In this document: piece by piece, positions 28,979-37,625 of the stretch
Layout of the letters: each line of letters opens with the position of its first letter
How positions within the stretch are numbered: the first letter of the stretch is position 1
Notes under the pieces: generated by a model
Database searches by the model: none
Seen by the model: only the letters and a program-made list of their open reading frames with translations
What the model was told of the DNA's origin: nothing
Made by a program: the position numbers and the translations under genes
Source of the DNA: Promethearchaeota archaeon
Lineage (GTDB): Archaea > Asgardarchaeota > Thorarchaeia > Thorarchaeales > Thorarchaeaceae
NCBI GenBank assembly: GCA_014728035.1
Contig: WJMJ01000123.1
Location: 32,001 to 96,000 of the forward strand
Length of the DNA stretch: 64,000 nt
Reading direction: 5' to 3'

Positions 28979-30334
28979 GTGATGAAATTGCACGCCTCAA
29001 GAAATCTTACTCTCGTTTGGATTATTTCGTTATTGCTGTTACCTGCTGTTCTGGCACCAACAGTAGCTGCTTACACACCTGGTGATGAAGCAGAAATTTT
29101 CGGTCACAGCTTTTCGGAAGAATATTGGACGAATGACTCGATAATTGTATCAAATGAGGATACAGGAAATGAAGCTAGTCTGACTGCATCTTATGTCGGT
29201 GTCGGAGATTTTCAAGCTTTCCTGATTGCTTTCAATAACATTAGCACCGGTGATGATGTGTTACAATTGCCGTATCAGCTTTTTGGAATGCATTATCTTA
29301 CACCTGAAAATCAGGAAGTCTTCATTGGTGCCATTTTTGCCTTCTTATTGGTTCATAACGAGTCTTATGGGAACAATAATCTTCCTGATGTTGGGAATGA
29401 GAACGCATGGTACATTGTTCCATTTACACGGAATCTTCCATGGGCTGATGTAAATCCTACAGTTGAAGCTATTCCTACAACAAAACTTGGAGATAACCAT
29501 TATCGTTTTGGAATGCGATACAACAATATGACTGCAAAGATTGTGAATAGTAATGGTACCTTTCTAGACTATTTGCTAGCACCTTTCATGACTGTACTCT
29601 TCTCTGAATTTGTTGTTGAATATGATATTGTGATAAATGAAGATGGCACAGTTAATGCAGAAACGCTATACACGATTGGCCAAGTACAACGTGTTAGAAT
29701 TGGTCTTATTGATGAGACCCCTACTGATGTGATATCTGATTCGATGTGCATTTCTGCAGTGCATTACCTCTCGATTTTCACTTCTGAGTATAACGTAACT
29801 CGAACATCAAGTGGAAATACTATCGAACCTCCAACAAGCACTAATCCAATTGATGATAACATCACCATTACAATTGGAAACAACACACAACGTGCATTTG
29901 ATATTGGGATGGGGCGAGAGTACGCACTCTTGAATGAGTCCACAACTCCTTGGGATATTATCTTAGAGTCTGAAAATGCTCTAAATTCTCTGCTTGGAGC
30001 GAGAAGGAGTGATTTCTTCCTAATCTCTTGGCAGGCACCCATGTCAGCTTGGCTATTCTCCCACATGGCTTATGGTCTCTCGCGACAGGTTCGCAGAACA
30101 TACAACAGTGTAAATAATCTTGTGAGAAATTCAGCTGCTGCATTTCACGATAGCCAATGGTGGTATGCTGTGACATTTCCTGAATGGAATGGATATCGTA
30201 TTCAACAAGATCCTGTTTATACTGCATATACCAATCTTTCTGAAGATGTGTCTGGTGGCAGAACCGGATTCCTTCTTATTGCTGTTGGCATAATAGCTTT
30301 ACTAGCAATTGCTGTTGTTGTAAAACGAAGATAA
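28979..30334 (+). CDS. Secreted cell-surface (glyco)protein with C-terminal TM anchor
   Basis: Signal peptide, many N-x-S/T sequons, QDP near the C-terminus, TM followed by KRR. Confidence 0.82.
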   Translation: MMKLHASRNLTLVWIISLLLLPAVLAPTVAAYTPGDEAEIFGHSFSEEYWTNDSIIVSNEDTGNEASLTASYVGVGDFQAFLIAFNNISTGDDVLQLPYQLFGMHYLTPENQEVFIGAIFAFLLVHNESYGNNNLPDVGNENAWYIVPFTRNLPWADVNPTVEAIPTTKLGDNHYRFGMRYNNMTAKIVNSNGTFLDYLLAPFMTVLFSEFVVEYDIVINEDGTVNAETLYTIGQVQRVRIGLIDETPTDVISDSMCISAVHYLSIFTSEYNVTRTSSGNTIEPPTSTNPIDDNITITIGNNTQRAFDIGMGREYALLNESTTPWDIILESENALNSLLGARRSDFFLISWQAPMSAWLFSHMAYGLSRQVRRTYNSVNNLVRNSAAAFHDSQWWYAVTFPEWNGYRIQQDPVYTAYTNLSEDVSGGRTGFLLIAVGIIALLAIAVVVKRR

Positions 30335-30340
30335 GTTATC

Positions 30341-30381
30341 ATTTCCCGGCCAGTTTCTGGTTGGGAAATTATTCTTTTTTT
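30341..30381 (+). terminator. 13-bp hairpin plus T7 tract
   Basis: ATTTCCCGGCCAG-TTT-CTGGTTGGGAAAT (two G-U pairs) followed by TTTTTTT. Confidence 0.7.
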
Positions 30382-30439
30382 GAAATGCGGGTAATTTATG
30401 AGAGCTGATAGTACATGAAATTTTGAGGAAAATTCAGAT

Positions 30440-31969
30440 ATGTACGAACGGGTCTGTCAGTTCTCAAGTAGACTTCCAATTATTGGCAAATTTGGACCGC
30501 GTTATGAGGATAGGGATCTAACTAAAGCAGTAACATTTGTCCAACCAATGATGAAAATATCTGTAGCTGGTGTAGTATCTGCAGCGTATTTCTCGGGTTT
30601 GTTATCTTTTATTCTACTGTTTCTGCTGTTATTTTTACTAGGAACGGACCTGCTCGTCATATTCCCTCTTGCTTTCATTACAGCTATCATTACCTATTAT
30701 GTCATTATCAGTTATCCTGTTTCAGTGATGAATCGCTATAGATTAACTCTATCTGAGGAAGCAGATTTACTCTTTGAACAGTTTATTCTAGTATTTGAGG
30801 CCGGTGGTACAATCTTTGATGCAATTGAGATTGTAGCACAATCAAATCATGAGTATATATCTAATGCATTTCAAGAGATTCTTGGGAAAATTGACCAAGG
30901 AATCCCTCCTGAGGAATGTTTGAGTGAATTCGCTAAGAATCAACCTTCGGATGATCTGAGACGATACATTATGGCTATTCTCTCAGCATTAGAAAAGAAA
31001 ACCGATTTGTTACAAATGCTTTCAGGAGAGTCTTTTGAGGCAGACCTAAGTCTTCGACAAAAAAATCTTGAACTTGAGAGTCGATTATTGATAGTTGCAG
31101 CATTAATCACATATGTTCCGATTATGTTCACATTAGCAGCGTCCCTTGCTGGATGGGCAACTAATCCAGCGATACTTGTGGTAGTTCCATTATTTATCTT
31201 GTTGAATATCATCCTGCGATCTCGTTTTTCGAATCAATTCTCAGCATATTTTGATAGACCTAGAAATCCGGAATTAGTTGGTCCTACTCAAAAAGAGATT
31301 CTAGAAGAATACGAGGAGTTTCTGAATTTTATGATGTTGTTGGGTGAACGCATGAGTAATGGTGATACTTTGGAAGTAGCACTTTCTGAAGTCAGAGATG
31401 ATGTTGATGTTGAGGTTCAGCGACTGATTGATCCTGCAATTCATTCTATCTATGGAGAAGAACAAGATATCCATACCGCAATGAAGAAGGCGTCTGAGCA
31501 AGCTTTAGGGGAGCGAGTTTCAAATATGATTCTCATGGTTTCACGAATGACCGAAGTATCTTCTATTGAGGCAGGTGAGAGAATCACCAGAATTGCAGCT
31601 CGTCTTGTTGAAAGATCTGCAGTTGCGAAAGAACGTGATAGTATAATAGCTGCTCAAAAAATGAAAGTATACCTACTAACATTGACTAGTTCTATAGTCT
31701 TGGGGCTATTAGTTTCTTTAGCACCATTTCTTTCGATTGGATCACTTCTATCATCTGGACCCATGTGGTCTCCATCACTCGTTTCATATGTGGATATTCT
31801 TCCTTTGTATCTTTCACTGGGGATAATCTCTCTCTCTTCGGGTTATCAAAACACATTGATGGTTTCTGGTAACCGTCCTAAAGTATTTGGAATCGTTTGC
31901 ATGTTGTTGTTTTGGATAACCGCTGCATTGACATCTAGTTTTCTAGGGCTTGATTACAGTTGGCAATAG
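30440..31969 (+). CDS. Type II secretion system F / ArlJ-PilC-like platform membrane protein
   Basis: Two repeats of TM cluster plus cytoplasmic domain (EAGGTIFDAI...GIPPEECL; SNGDTLEVAL). Confidence 0.7.
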   Translation: MYERVCQFSSRLPIIGKFGPRYEDRDLTKAVTFVQPMMKISVAGVVSAAYFSGLLSFILLFLLLFLLGTDLLVIFPLAFITAIITYYVIISYPVSVMNRYRLTLSEEADLLFEQFILVFEAGGTIFDAIEIVAQSNHEYISNAFQEILGKIDQGIPPEECLSEFAKNQPSDDLRRYIMAILSALEKKTDLLQMLSGESFEADLSLRQKNLELESRLLIVAALITYVPIMFTLAASLAGWATNPAILVVVPLFILLNIILRSRFSNQFSAYFDRPRNPELVGPTQKEILEEYEEFLNFMMLLGERMSNGDTLEVALSEVRDDVDVEVQRLIDPAIHSIYGEEQDIHTAMKKASEQALGERVSNMILMVSRMTEVSSIEAGERITRIAARLVERSAVAKERDSIIAAQKMKVYLLTLTSSIVLGLLVSLAPFLSIGSLLSSGPMWSPSLVSYVDILPLYLSLGIISLSSGYQNTLMVSGNRPKVFGIVCMLLFWITAALTSSFLGLDYSWQ

Positions 31970-32019
31970 TTTTTATTACACCAAGTAATTGAAAGCTGTA
32001 GTTAGATGAGGTGTAAACC

Positions 32020-32673
32020 TTGCAAGGCTTAGGAATCTTCGATTTAACACTAGATGAAATCATGTTATTCTTCCAAAACGAATGGGTTGTTGGTTGGGTA
32101 TTGATTCTATCAGGAGTTATTGCTGCAGCATGGCTCCTTGAAAATATCACTGACCCAATTCCTCTTCTCGGAACAATATTTGATATTCTCATCAAAGTAG
32201 GTACTTATGTCGGCTTTTTTGTCGGTATATTAGACATGCTAGTTGGGTATGTTGTCTGGGCTACAAACCCTGACGGCATTATTGTTGCTGCAGTTCTAGT
32301 AATTACTGGCTTCTCATTAGTAATGCGGTTGCTAGATAAGTTCCCATTAGCTTTGGTATTTGCTATTGCGGTTGCTGCCTTCGCCACATTTACCATATAC
32401 GGTGCACTAGCACCTTATACAAGTGATCCTCTCCTTGGTGAAATTGCTACACAAGCTACATCTTTGAAGTGGATGGCAGTCATTGGTATCATTATCTTTT
32501 GTGTGGTTTATGTAATTGGTGGATTAGTAATCAAACTGATTCAACTGATTGGTAAGGTATTTTCATCGACACCTGTTAGTGTCTTAATTGGTCTTGCTGC
32601 AATAGCTATAGGAGTAATTGTTATTGTTGCTCCAGCAATTGTTGGTCTTGTAATACCTTGGCCAGGTACCTAG
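32020..32673 (+). CDS. Hypothetical integral membrane protein
   Basis: TTG start with GAGGTG RBS; about 6 TM. Confidence 0.8.
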   Translation: MQGLGIFDLTLDEIMLFFQNEWVVGWVLILSGVIAAAWLLENITDPIPLLGTIFDILIKVGTYVGFFVGILDMLVGYVVWATNPDGIIVAAVLVITGFSLVMRLLDKFPLALVFAIAVAAFATFTIYGALAPYTSDPLLGEIATQATSLKWMAVIGIIIFCVVYVIGGLVIKLIQLIGKVFSSTPVSVLIGLAAIAIGVIVIVAPAIVGLVIPWPGT

Positions 32674-32678
32674 ATTCA

Positions 32679-32710
32679 GAGGGGAATACCCCTCCTTTCT
32701 TTTTATTTTT
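32679..32710 (+). terminator. Hairpin plus U-tract terminator
   Basis: GAGGGG-AATA-CCCCTC followed by CTTTCTTTTTATTTTT. Confidence 0.7.
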
Positions 32711-33041
32711 CTAAAGGTTTTCGAATCTCTCTAAAAGACAAAAATTTCACTCCTAGGCCATTATAGAAGTGCTCTAGTGTATTCATGAACTTTTTTGCTG
32801 GAACTATCCCTGCAAACCATTTTGATACATACAACTGTCGTTGTTCTTCGGGAATTTCGATTGATATATGGTCTATACCTTCAGGGATATCGAGTCCATC
32901 GGGTATAAAAAGAGCTACTCTGAACTCATTTTTTCCGCGTAACTCCATCCACATCTCGCAATACTCGCTCAATAGAATACCTCGTGTAGTTGATTCTCTG
33001 TTGTAGATAACAGTTATACTCTCATTTTGATTCAAATACAC
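32703..33041 (-). CDS. Hypothetical protein
   Basis: 112-aa ORF filling the gap; start uncertain (GTG). Confidence 0.6.
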   Translation of the reverse strand: MYLNQNESITVIYNRESTTRGILLSEYCEMWMELRGKNEFRVALFIPDGLDIPEGIDHISIEIPEEQRQLYVSKWFAGIVPAKKFMNTLEHFYNGLGVKFLSFREIRKPLEK

Positions 33042-33201
33042 TTAATCTTGTTCCTGTTGAATTGTATTTCTTACATCTCGCTCTCCCAAAGAGTTCTTAT
33101 ACTAGCTTCGTATGGATACTATCAGCCATCAGTAGAATTGAATAACCAATAATCAAATCGGTTACACATTATTCTGCAGCGTGGAATTGATGGAGGTAAA
33201 T

Positions 33202-33765
33202 ATGGTGGTTAGTAAATCAGATGACGAAAAGAAATCTGGTGATAGAAAGAAAATTATCAGCGTTACCGTATCTCAGTCATTAGTAGACCGGATAGACGAA
33301 TTGGTTCAAGAAAGAGTAGCTCGTTCCCGAGCCCAGCTAATCGAAGATGCAGTCAGATGGTATCTTGAACGAACTGTATACAAATGGACTGAACGCGGAA
33401 TCTATATCGACTCCTTTAGAATCATATTGGAATCAGAAACCCTCTCATCTCTCTTTTTCTCGAAGCTTACTCCAACTGACCAGTATGAGTTAGGAAGAAC
33501 TGCAGGAAGTCAAGCTCCTTTTGCTGATGTGGTTCGTCTATTTCATGGACAGGATCCTACTAATCCGAATACAAGAGAACTAGTTTACAATCTACTCCAG
33601 GAAAATGGCTGGGGGTCGTTTAGCCAACGTGATGATATAATTGTCATTGCTAGTCCGTTTTATCCAGGTCCATTCATTCAAGGATATCTGGAAACGCTCT
33701 TAGATGTAGAACTAGAACTAATGGGTACCAATGTAAAAGATAATGTTGCATTAAAAATCAAATAA
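33202..33765 (+). CDS. Ribbon-helix-helix (CopG/NikR-like) regulator fused to a V4R-like domain
   Basis: IISVTVSQSLVDRIDELV...SRAQLIEDAVRWYL (RHH); YELGRTAG...GWGSF...FIQGYLE (V4R-like). GGAGGT RBS before ATG at 33202. Confidence 0.78.
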   Translation: MVVSKSDDEKKSGDRKKIISVTVSQSLVDRIDELVQERVARSRAQLIEDAVRWYLERTVYKWTERGIYIDSFRIILESETLSSLFFSKLTPTDQYELGRTAGSQAPFADVVRLFHGQDPTNPNTRELVYNLLQENGWGSFSQRDDIIVIASPFYPGPFIQGYLETLLDVELELMGTNVKDNVALKIK

Positions 33766-33806
33766 ACTGCAAAAGAGTTTGGTGGGTTGTAGGTTTTCGC
33801 TTTGAT

Positions 33807-34250
33807 CTACCACTCCTCACCCATCATTAGAATCTCAAATTCGCTTTCAAAAAGACCAGGAATGCTCTCCAGAGTGTTTCTGATTGAATTTTCCTTTGAT
33901 TTGATATCATCTGAGGAAAAGTATACTTCGTAGATACATCTATTCTGTTCAAAACAAAAGCCCGTAGAAAATAAGACCTTTAGATTCATTTCTTTAAACA
34001 GCTTTGTCATGGTTTCCATCAGTTCTCTGTGAACCTTCTCAACTTCTAATCTGATTCTAGCTCCACTTTTTCTCATCATCGGAAAAAGTTTGATTTCACC
34101 AGAACGTTCAAAATAGATGACCATTGCAGCTTGCATATCTTTCAGCATTGGGTTCGCAAAGAATTCTTCTGGAAGTGAAATGTTTCTTTTTTTTCGGATA
34201 TCAGCAATCATTCCTTTAGTAAGTCCGGCAGCCACGTTTGATACCTCCAA
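33807..34250 (-). CDS. Putative regulator: AbrB-like N-terminus plus ACT domain
   Basis: ADIRKKRNISLPEEF (AbrB-like loop); C-terminal beta-alpha-beta-beta-alpha-beta ACT pattern ending LESIPGL. Confidence 0.55.
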   Translation of the reverse strand: MEVSNVAAGLTKGMIADIRKKRNISLPEEFFANPMLKDMQAAMVIYFERSGEIKLFPMMRKSGARIRLEVEKVHRELMETMTKLFKEMNLKVLFSTGFCFEQNRCIYEVYFSSDDIKSKENSIRNTLESIPGLFESEFEILMMGEEW

Positions 34251-34337
34251 ACTCTCATTTATGAATTGGTGTTCATGTCCTTTTATCTATTTGGACCGTT
34301 GTCCAAGTTTTCACCATCTACTCACAACCCTGCAATA

Positions 34338-35222
34338 TCAGTCCTTTGTAATGACCAAAGACATCATAATAAACATAGCACCTACTAAGAGCATTGTAGA
34401 TATTGGTTCTGAGAGCAGTATGATTCCTAAAACCAATGCAACTACTGTTTGCAATAACAAATATACTACTGATACAGTTCCTCCTAGAGTTTTGAGACCG
34501 GCATAGTAGAGTATGTATGCTATCGCTATTGAAAATATTCCAAGATAAAGAGCGGCAGACCAAACTTCTATAGATGGACTTGCTAAACCAGTCATGGATT
34601 CGAATAGCACTACACTAATGAGAAGTAGGAGCGAAGTGATTACTGCATTTGGAGCTGCAATCCGGATTGCATGTTCTGTTTTCTTCAACTCTTGATCTGC
34701 TATAACTATCCACAACGCCCACATTAATCCTGCACCAAGTGCTAGATAATCTCCAATTAGTGCACCTGAGAGTATCAAAGATATATCTCCTTCAGTCGTA
34801 ATTAGAAAAGCTCCAATCAGACCAAGAATCAGAGCAAAAATTTCATTTCGCCGAATTGATTCCTTGAATATTGTCATGCTGAATAATGGAACAAAAGCAA
34901 TCCCTAAATTCACCAGTAAACTTGTTTTTCCTGCAGTTGTTAAAGTTAGGGCGATATATTGCATCGCATAAGCGAGACCGTTGCAGACTCCAATCAAAAT
35001 TACAGTAGGTTTAGCAAATCCTTCAAGCTTTGATTTAAACTTCTCATCCCTCTCATACCACAATAGAGCAATCAATAGAACCACCGAACCGATGATATTT
35101 TGCAGGAAACTGAATGTAAGTGGTTCGATGAACGTGACAGCAACTCTTCCAACGATGAATGATGACCCCCAAATGGCTGCTGAAATGAGCAAAAGCCCTT
35201 TCGCTCGGTTTCTTTCATTCAT
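34338..35222 (-). CDS. DMT/EamA family transporter
   Basis: IWGSSF, 10 TM, two EamA repeats. Confidence 0.92.
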   Translation of the reverse strand: MNERNRAKGLLLISAAIWGSSFIVGRVAVTFIEPLTFSFLQNIIGSVVLLIALLWYERDEKFKSKLEGFAKPTVILIGVCNGLAYAMQYIALTLTTAGKTSLLVNLGIAFVPLFSMTIFKESIRRNEIFALILGLIGAFLITTEGDISLILSGALIGDYLALGAGLMWALWIVIADQELKKTEHAIRIAAPNAVITSLLLLISVVLFESMTGLASPSIEVWSAALYLGIFSIAIAYILYYAGLKTLGGTVSVVYLLLQTVVALVLGIILLSEPISTMLLVGAMFIMMSLVITKD

Positions 35223-35347
35223 CTATAGAATCACCTTTTAATGATTGCAGTGAAATTGAAAAGGTCTACTTGAACTCTTGGTCATGAAGAAAATCATAAA
35301 TCTAATGATTCTTAGATAGTATTGTATCTACTCTGGAGTATTTAGAA

Positions 35348-35473
35348 ATGGCAAAAGAAGGAGCAACTTATGTATGTGATATATGCCAACAAATTGTTGT
35401 TGTGCAAAAATCAGGTCCTGGAACTTTAGTATGCTGTGGACAACCCATGAGACTATATGCAGAAGAGGATTAA
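35348..35473 (+). CDS. Stand-alone desulforedoxin (FeS4 domain of desulfoferrodoxin), 41 aa
   Basis: Below the ORF-track cutoff. Manual translation MAKEGATYVCDICQQIVVVQKSGPGTLVCCGQPMRLYAEED has YxCxxC...G.G.LxCCGxPM; GGAG RBS upstream. Confidence 0.9.
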   Translation: MAKEGATYVCDICQQIVVVQKSGPGTLVCCGQPMRLYAEED

Positions 35474-35479
35474 TCTGGT

Positions 35480-35527
35480 TGATGGCATTGAGTCATTCTA
35501 ATCAGTGCCATTAGTCATTCTTTTTTT
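35480..35527 (+). terminator. Hairpin plus T7 tract after desulforedoxin
   Basis: TGATGGCATTGA...TCAGTGCCATTA stem (G-U pairs) followed by TTTTTTT. Confidence 0.6.
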
Positions 35528-35592
35528 AAATCGATAATATTTATTAGCGATTAGCTATCTCTGACGCTGAATTTCTTTATCGAGGTGGCATA

Positions 35593-36153
35593 ATGGCTGA
35601 CCTACCTTCAATTATCATAAAAACTAGAAATCTTCTCAGCATGCGGGGTTATACTGTTTCCGAGCTATTTGAGTATGAAAACAGATATGTTCTTTATCCC
35701 ATCCGTGAAAAGGACGGTAGTACTTACAAACAAGTCGTCTGGATTTTCAAAGAACCACTAGTTGTTGGAATTGCCTTCGTAAAAGATTTGTATTATGAAA
35801 TGCAAGAAAAAGATGCGATTAACGGGATGTTAGTTGGAGGTCTGAGATTTACACCCGCTGCGAAGAAGGGAGCTCGTGGACGTCGAGTGGAACTGATTCA
35901 AGGGAATTATTCCTCTTTCGATTTATTTGACCATCATCTTGTTCCCCGTCATCGTATTGCAGAAGATGATGAAATCAATCTTCTTCTTAACTTCTATGGA
36001 ATTACAAGGTCTGAACTACCAAGGATTATCCGTGATGATCCAGCAGTCAAAGTTCTTGGAGCACGCCCTGGTCAGGTTATCCGAATAGAAAGAGATAGTC
36101 TGGTTGCGGGAATTACATATTATTATCGACTAGTAATTGACGGTAAAAGATAA
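35593..36153 (+). CDS. rpo5: RNA polymerase subunit Rpo5/RPB5, full-length (jaw + assembly domain), copy 1
   Basis: C-terminal HHLVPRH...LPRI..DDPA...GQVIRIERDS..AG..YYYRLV; N-terminal RGY, KEPLVVG, FTPAAKK. GAGGTG RBS. Confidence 0.9.
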   Translation: MADLPSIIIKTRNLLSMRGYTVSELFEYENRYVLYPIREKDGSTYKQVVWIFKEPLVVGIAFVKDLYYEMQEKDAINGMLVGGLRFTPAAKKGARGRRVELIQGNYSSFDLFDHHLVPRHRIAEDDEINLLLNFYGITRSELPRIIRDDPAVKVLGARPGQVIRIERDSLVAGITYYYRLVIDGKR

Positions 36154-36170
36154 CCAATCGTAACCATTCA

Positions 36171-36203
36171 AGAAACCTTATAACCCCAATTCAGAATTGG
36201 GGT
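36171..36203 (+). promoter_or_regulatory. BRE/TATA promoter of rpo5 copy 2 abutting a perfect 21-bp palindrome
   Basis: AGAAACC-TTATAA (36171-36183) followed by ACCCCAATTC-A-GAATTGGGGT (36183-36203). Confidence 0.6.
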
Positions 36204-36224
36204 CTTGGCCCTGGTGTTGATAAT

Positions 36225-36788
36225 TTGGTTGAATTTCCGACTGTTGTAATGAAAACAAGATCTCTCCTCACTTTAAGAGGATATGAGGTTGATGAGTTAT
36301 TCGAATATGAAAATCGTTACGTGATGCATCCAACTCGAACCAACTCTGAAGGGATTACCATCAAGATGATTGTTTGGGTTCTAAAAGAACCAAAAGTAGT
36401 CGGAGTCGCAGTTGCAAGAGATATTCAACGTGATATGATTGAAGAGGATGCTACTCGTGGTATGATTGTGGGTGGTGCACGTTTTACTCCTGCTGCAAAG
36501 AAACACTCTAGGAAAAATGGTATAGAACTGGTAGAAGGAAACTATGCATCTTTTGATCTATTTGGGCATGAATTAGTTCCTGAACACACAATTGCTGATT
36601 CTGATGAAGTTGATCTAGTACTAGACCATTATGGAATTGACAAACCACACTTACCAAGAATCAGGCGAGATGATCCTGCTGTTCGTGTGTTAGGAGCAAG
36701 AACTGGTCAAGTCATTCGAGTCGAACGTGATAGTGCTACGGCAGGTCGAACATACTATTATAGACTTGTAATCGATTCTAAACGATAG
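36225..36788 (+). CDS. rpo5: RNA polymerase subunit Rpo5/RPB5, full-length, copy 2
   Basis: HELVPEH, LPRI..DDPA, GQVIRVERDSATAGRTYYYRLV; N-terminal RGY, KEPKVVG, FTPAAKK. TTG start. Confidence 0.92.
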   Translation: MVEFPTVVMKTRSLLTLRGYEVDELFEYENRYVMHPTRTNSEGITIKMIVWVLKEPKVVGVAVARDIQRDMIEEDATRGMIVGGARFTPAAKKHSRKNGIELVEGNYASFDLFGHELVPEHTIADSDEVDLVLDHYGIDKPHLPRIRRDDPAVRVLGARTGQVIRVERDSATAGRTYYYRLVIDSKR

Positions 36789-36789
36789 T

Positions 36790-37560
36790 CTATATTACAA
36801 TAACTCCAAGAATTGTTGCTACATAGAACATCACAATCGTACAAATCATTGGTACTGTTACATTATCTGTACCTTTTGGACTGACTAATTCCACTAATGT
36901 TGCTGTTACTGCACCCGTTAGCGCTAGAAGAATCATCTCAACAAACAGAATTTCTCCGCTGCTGACAAATACTTGATAATTTACAATTCCAAAGAACCAG
37001 AAAGCAATCAATGAACCTATGAATCCAAAGATGAAAAGGGCAGAGCATCCGTGAAGACTTCTTTTTGAGCCTTTTATCTCAATACAATGATTGACACCCC
37101 ATTTCATTCCAATTGGTGCTGATAGACCATCACCTAACATCATGATATGAATTGCAGCTGCAGCAACGAAATACCAAGCATCATTTCCAGTGAAAGTAAA
37201 AATTGCAGTGAGAACTGTAATAGAAACTGCGTACCAGAAGGGGCCTCTAACAGAATCACTCTCTTCATCTTCTGATCTCGCCATTGCATGGAAAAACCTT
37301 TCAAACCTCTTTGAGCTTGCCATTCCCAACATAATTACAAAAGTTAGAGCAACAAGAGTTGCCACCCATGGATGGGGATAGTATGGAACGGTCCATATTG
37401 CAGCACCTGCAAACAGATGCACGATCTTTCTGGTAAAGTCCGACCCCATATCTAATTTCCTTCGTGCAACATCAGCAACTGTCAAGACAATAACAGCGTA
37501 TAATACTGCGATAAAATATACAACGATGTCTTCGAAAGTGATTAGTAATTCGACCTGCAT
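36790..37560 (-). CDS. Polyprenol/dolichol (SEC59/phytol-kinase-like) CTP-dependent kinase
   Basis: TRKIVH, GDGLSAPIG, KRSLHG and ELVSPKGTDNVTVP motifs; multi-TM. Confidence 0.88.
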   Translation of the reverse strand: MQVELLITFEDIVVYFIAVLYAVIVLTVADVARRKLDMGSDFTRKIVHLFAGAAIWTVPYYPHPWVATLVALTFVIMLGMASSKRFERFFHAMARSEDEESDSVRGPFWYAVSITVLTAIFTFTGNDAWYFVAAAAIHIMMLGDGLSAPIGMKWGVNHCIEIKGSKRSLHGCSALFIFGFIGSLIAFWFFGIVNYQVFVSSGEILFVEMILLALTGAVTATLVELVSPKGTDNVTVPMICTIVMFYVATILGVIVI

Positions 37561-37625
37561 TGATTAGCTCTCCAAGTAGATTTCCCGTAAAAACCTAACA
37601 ATATACTTATCGGAAATGTTGTTTT

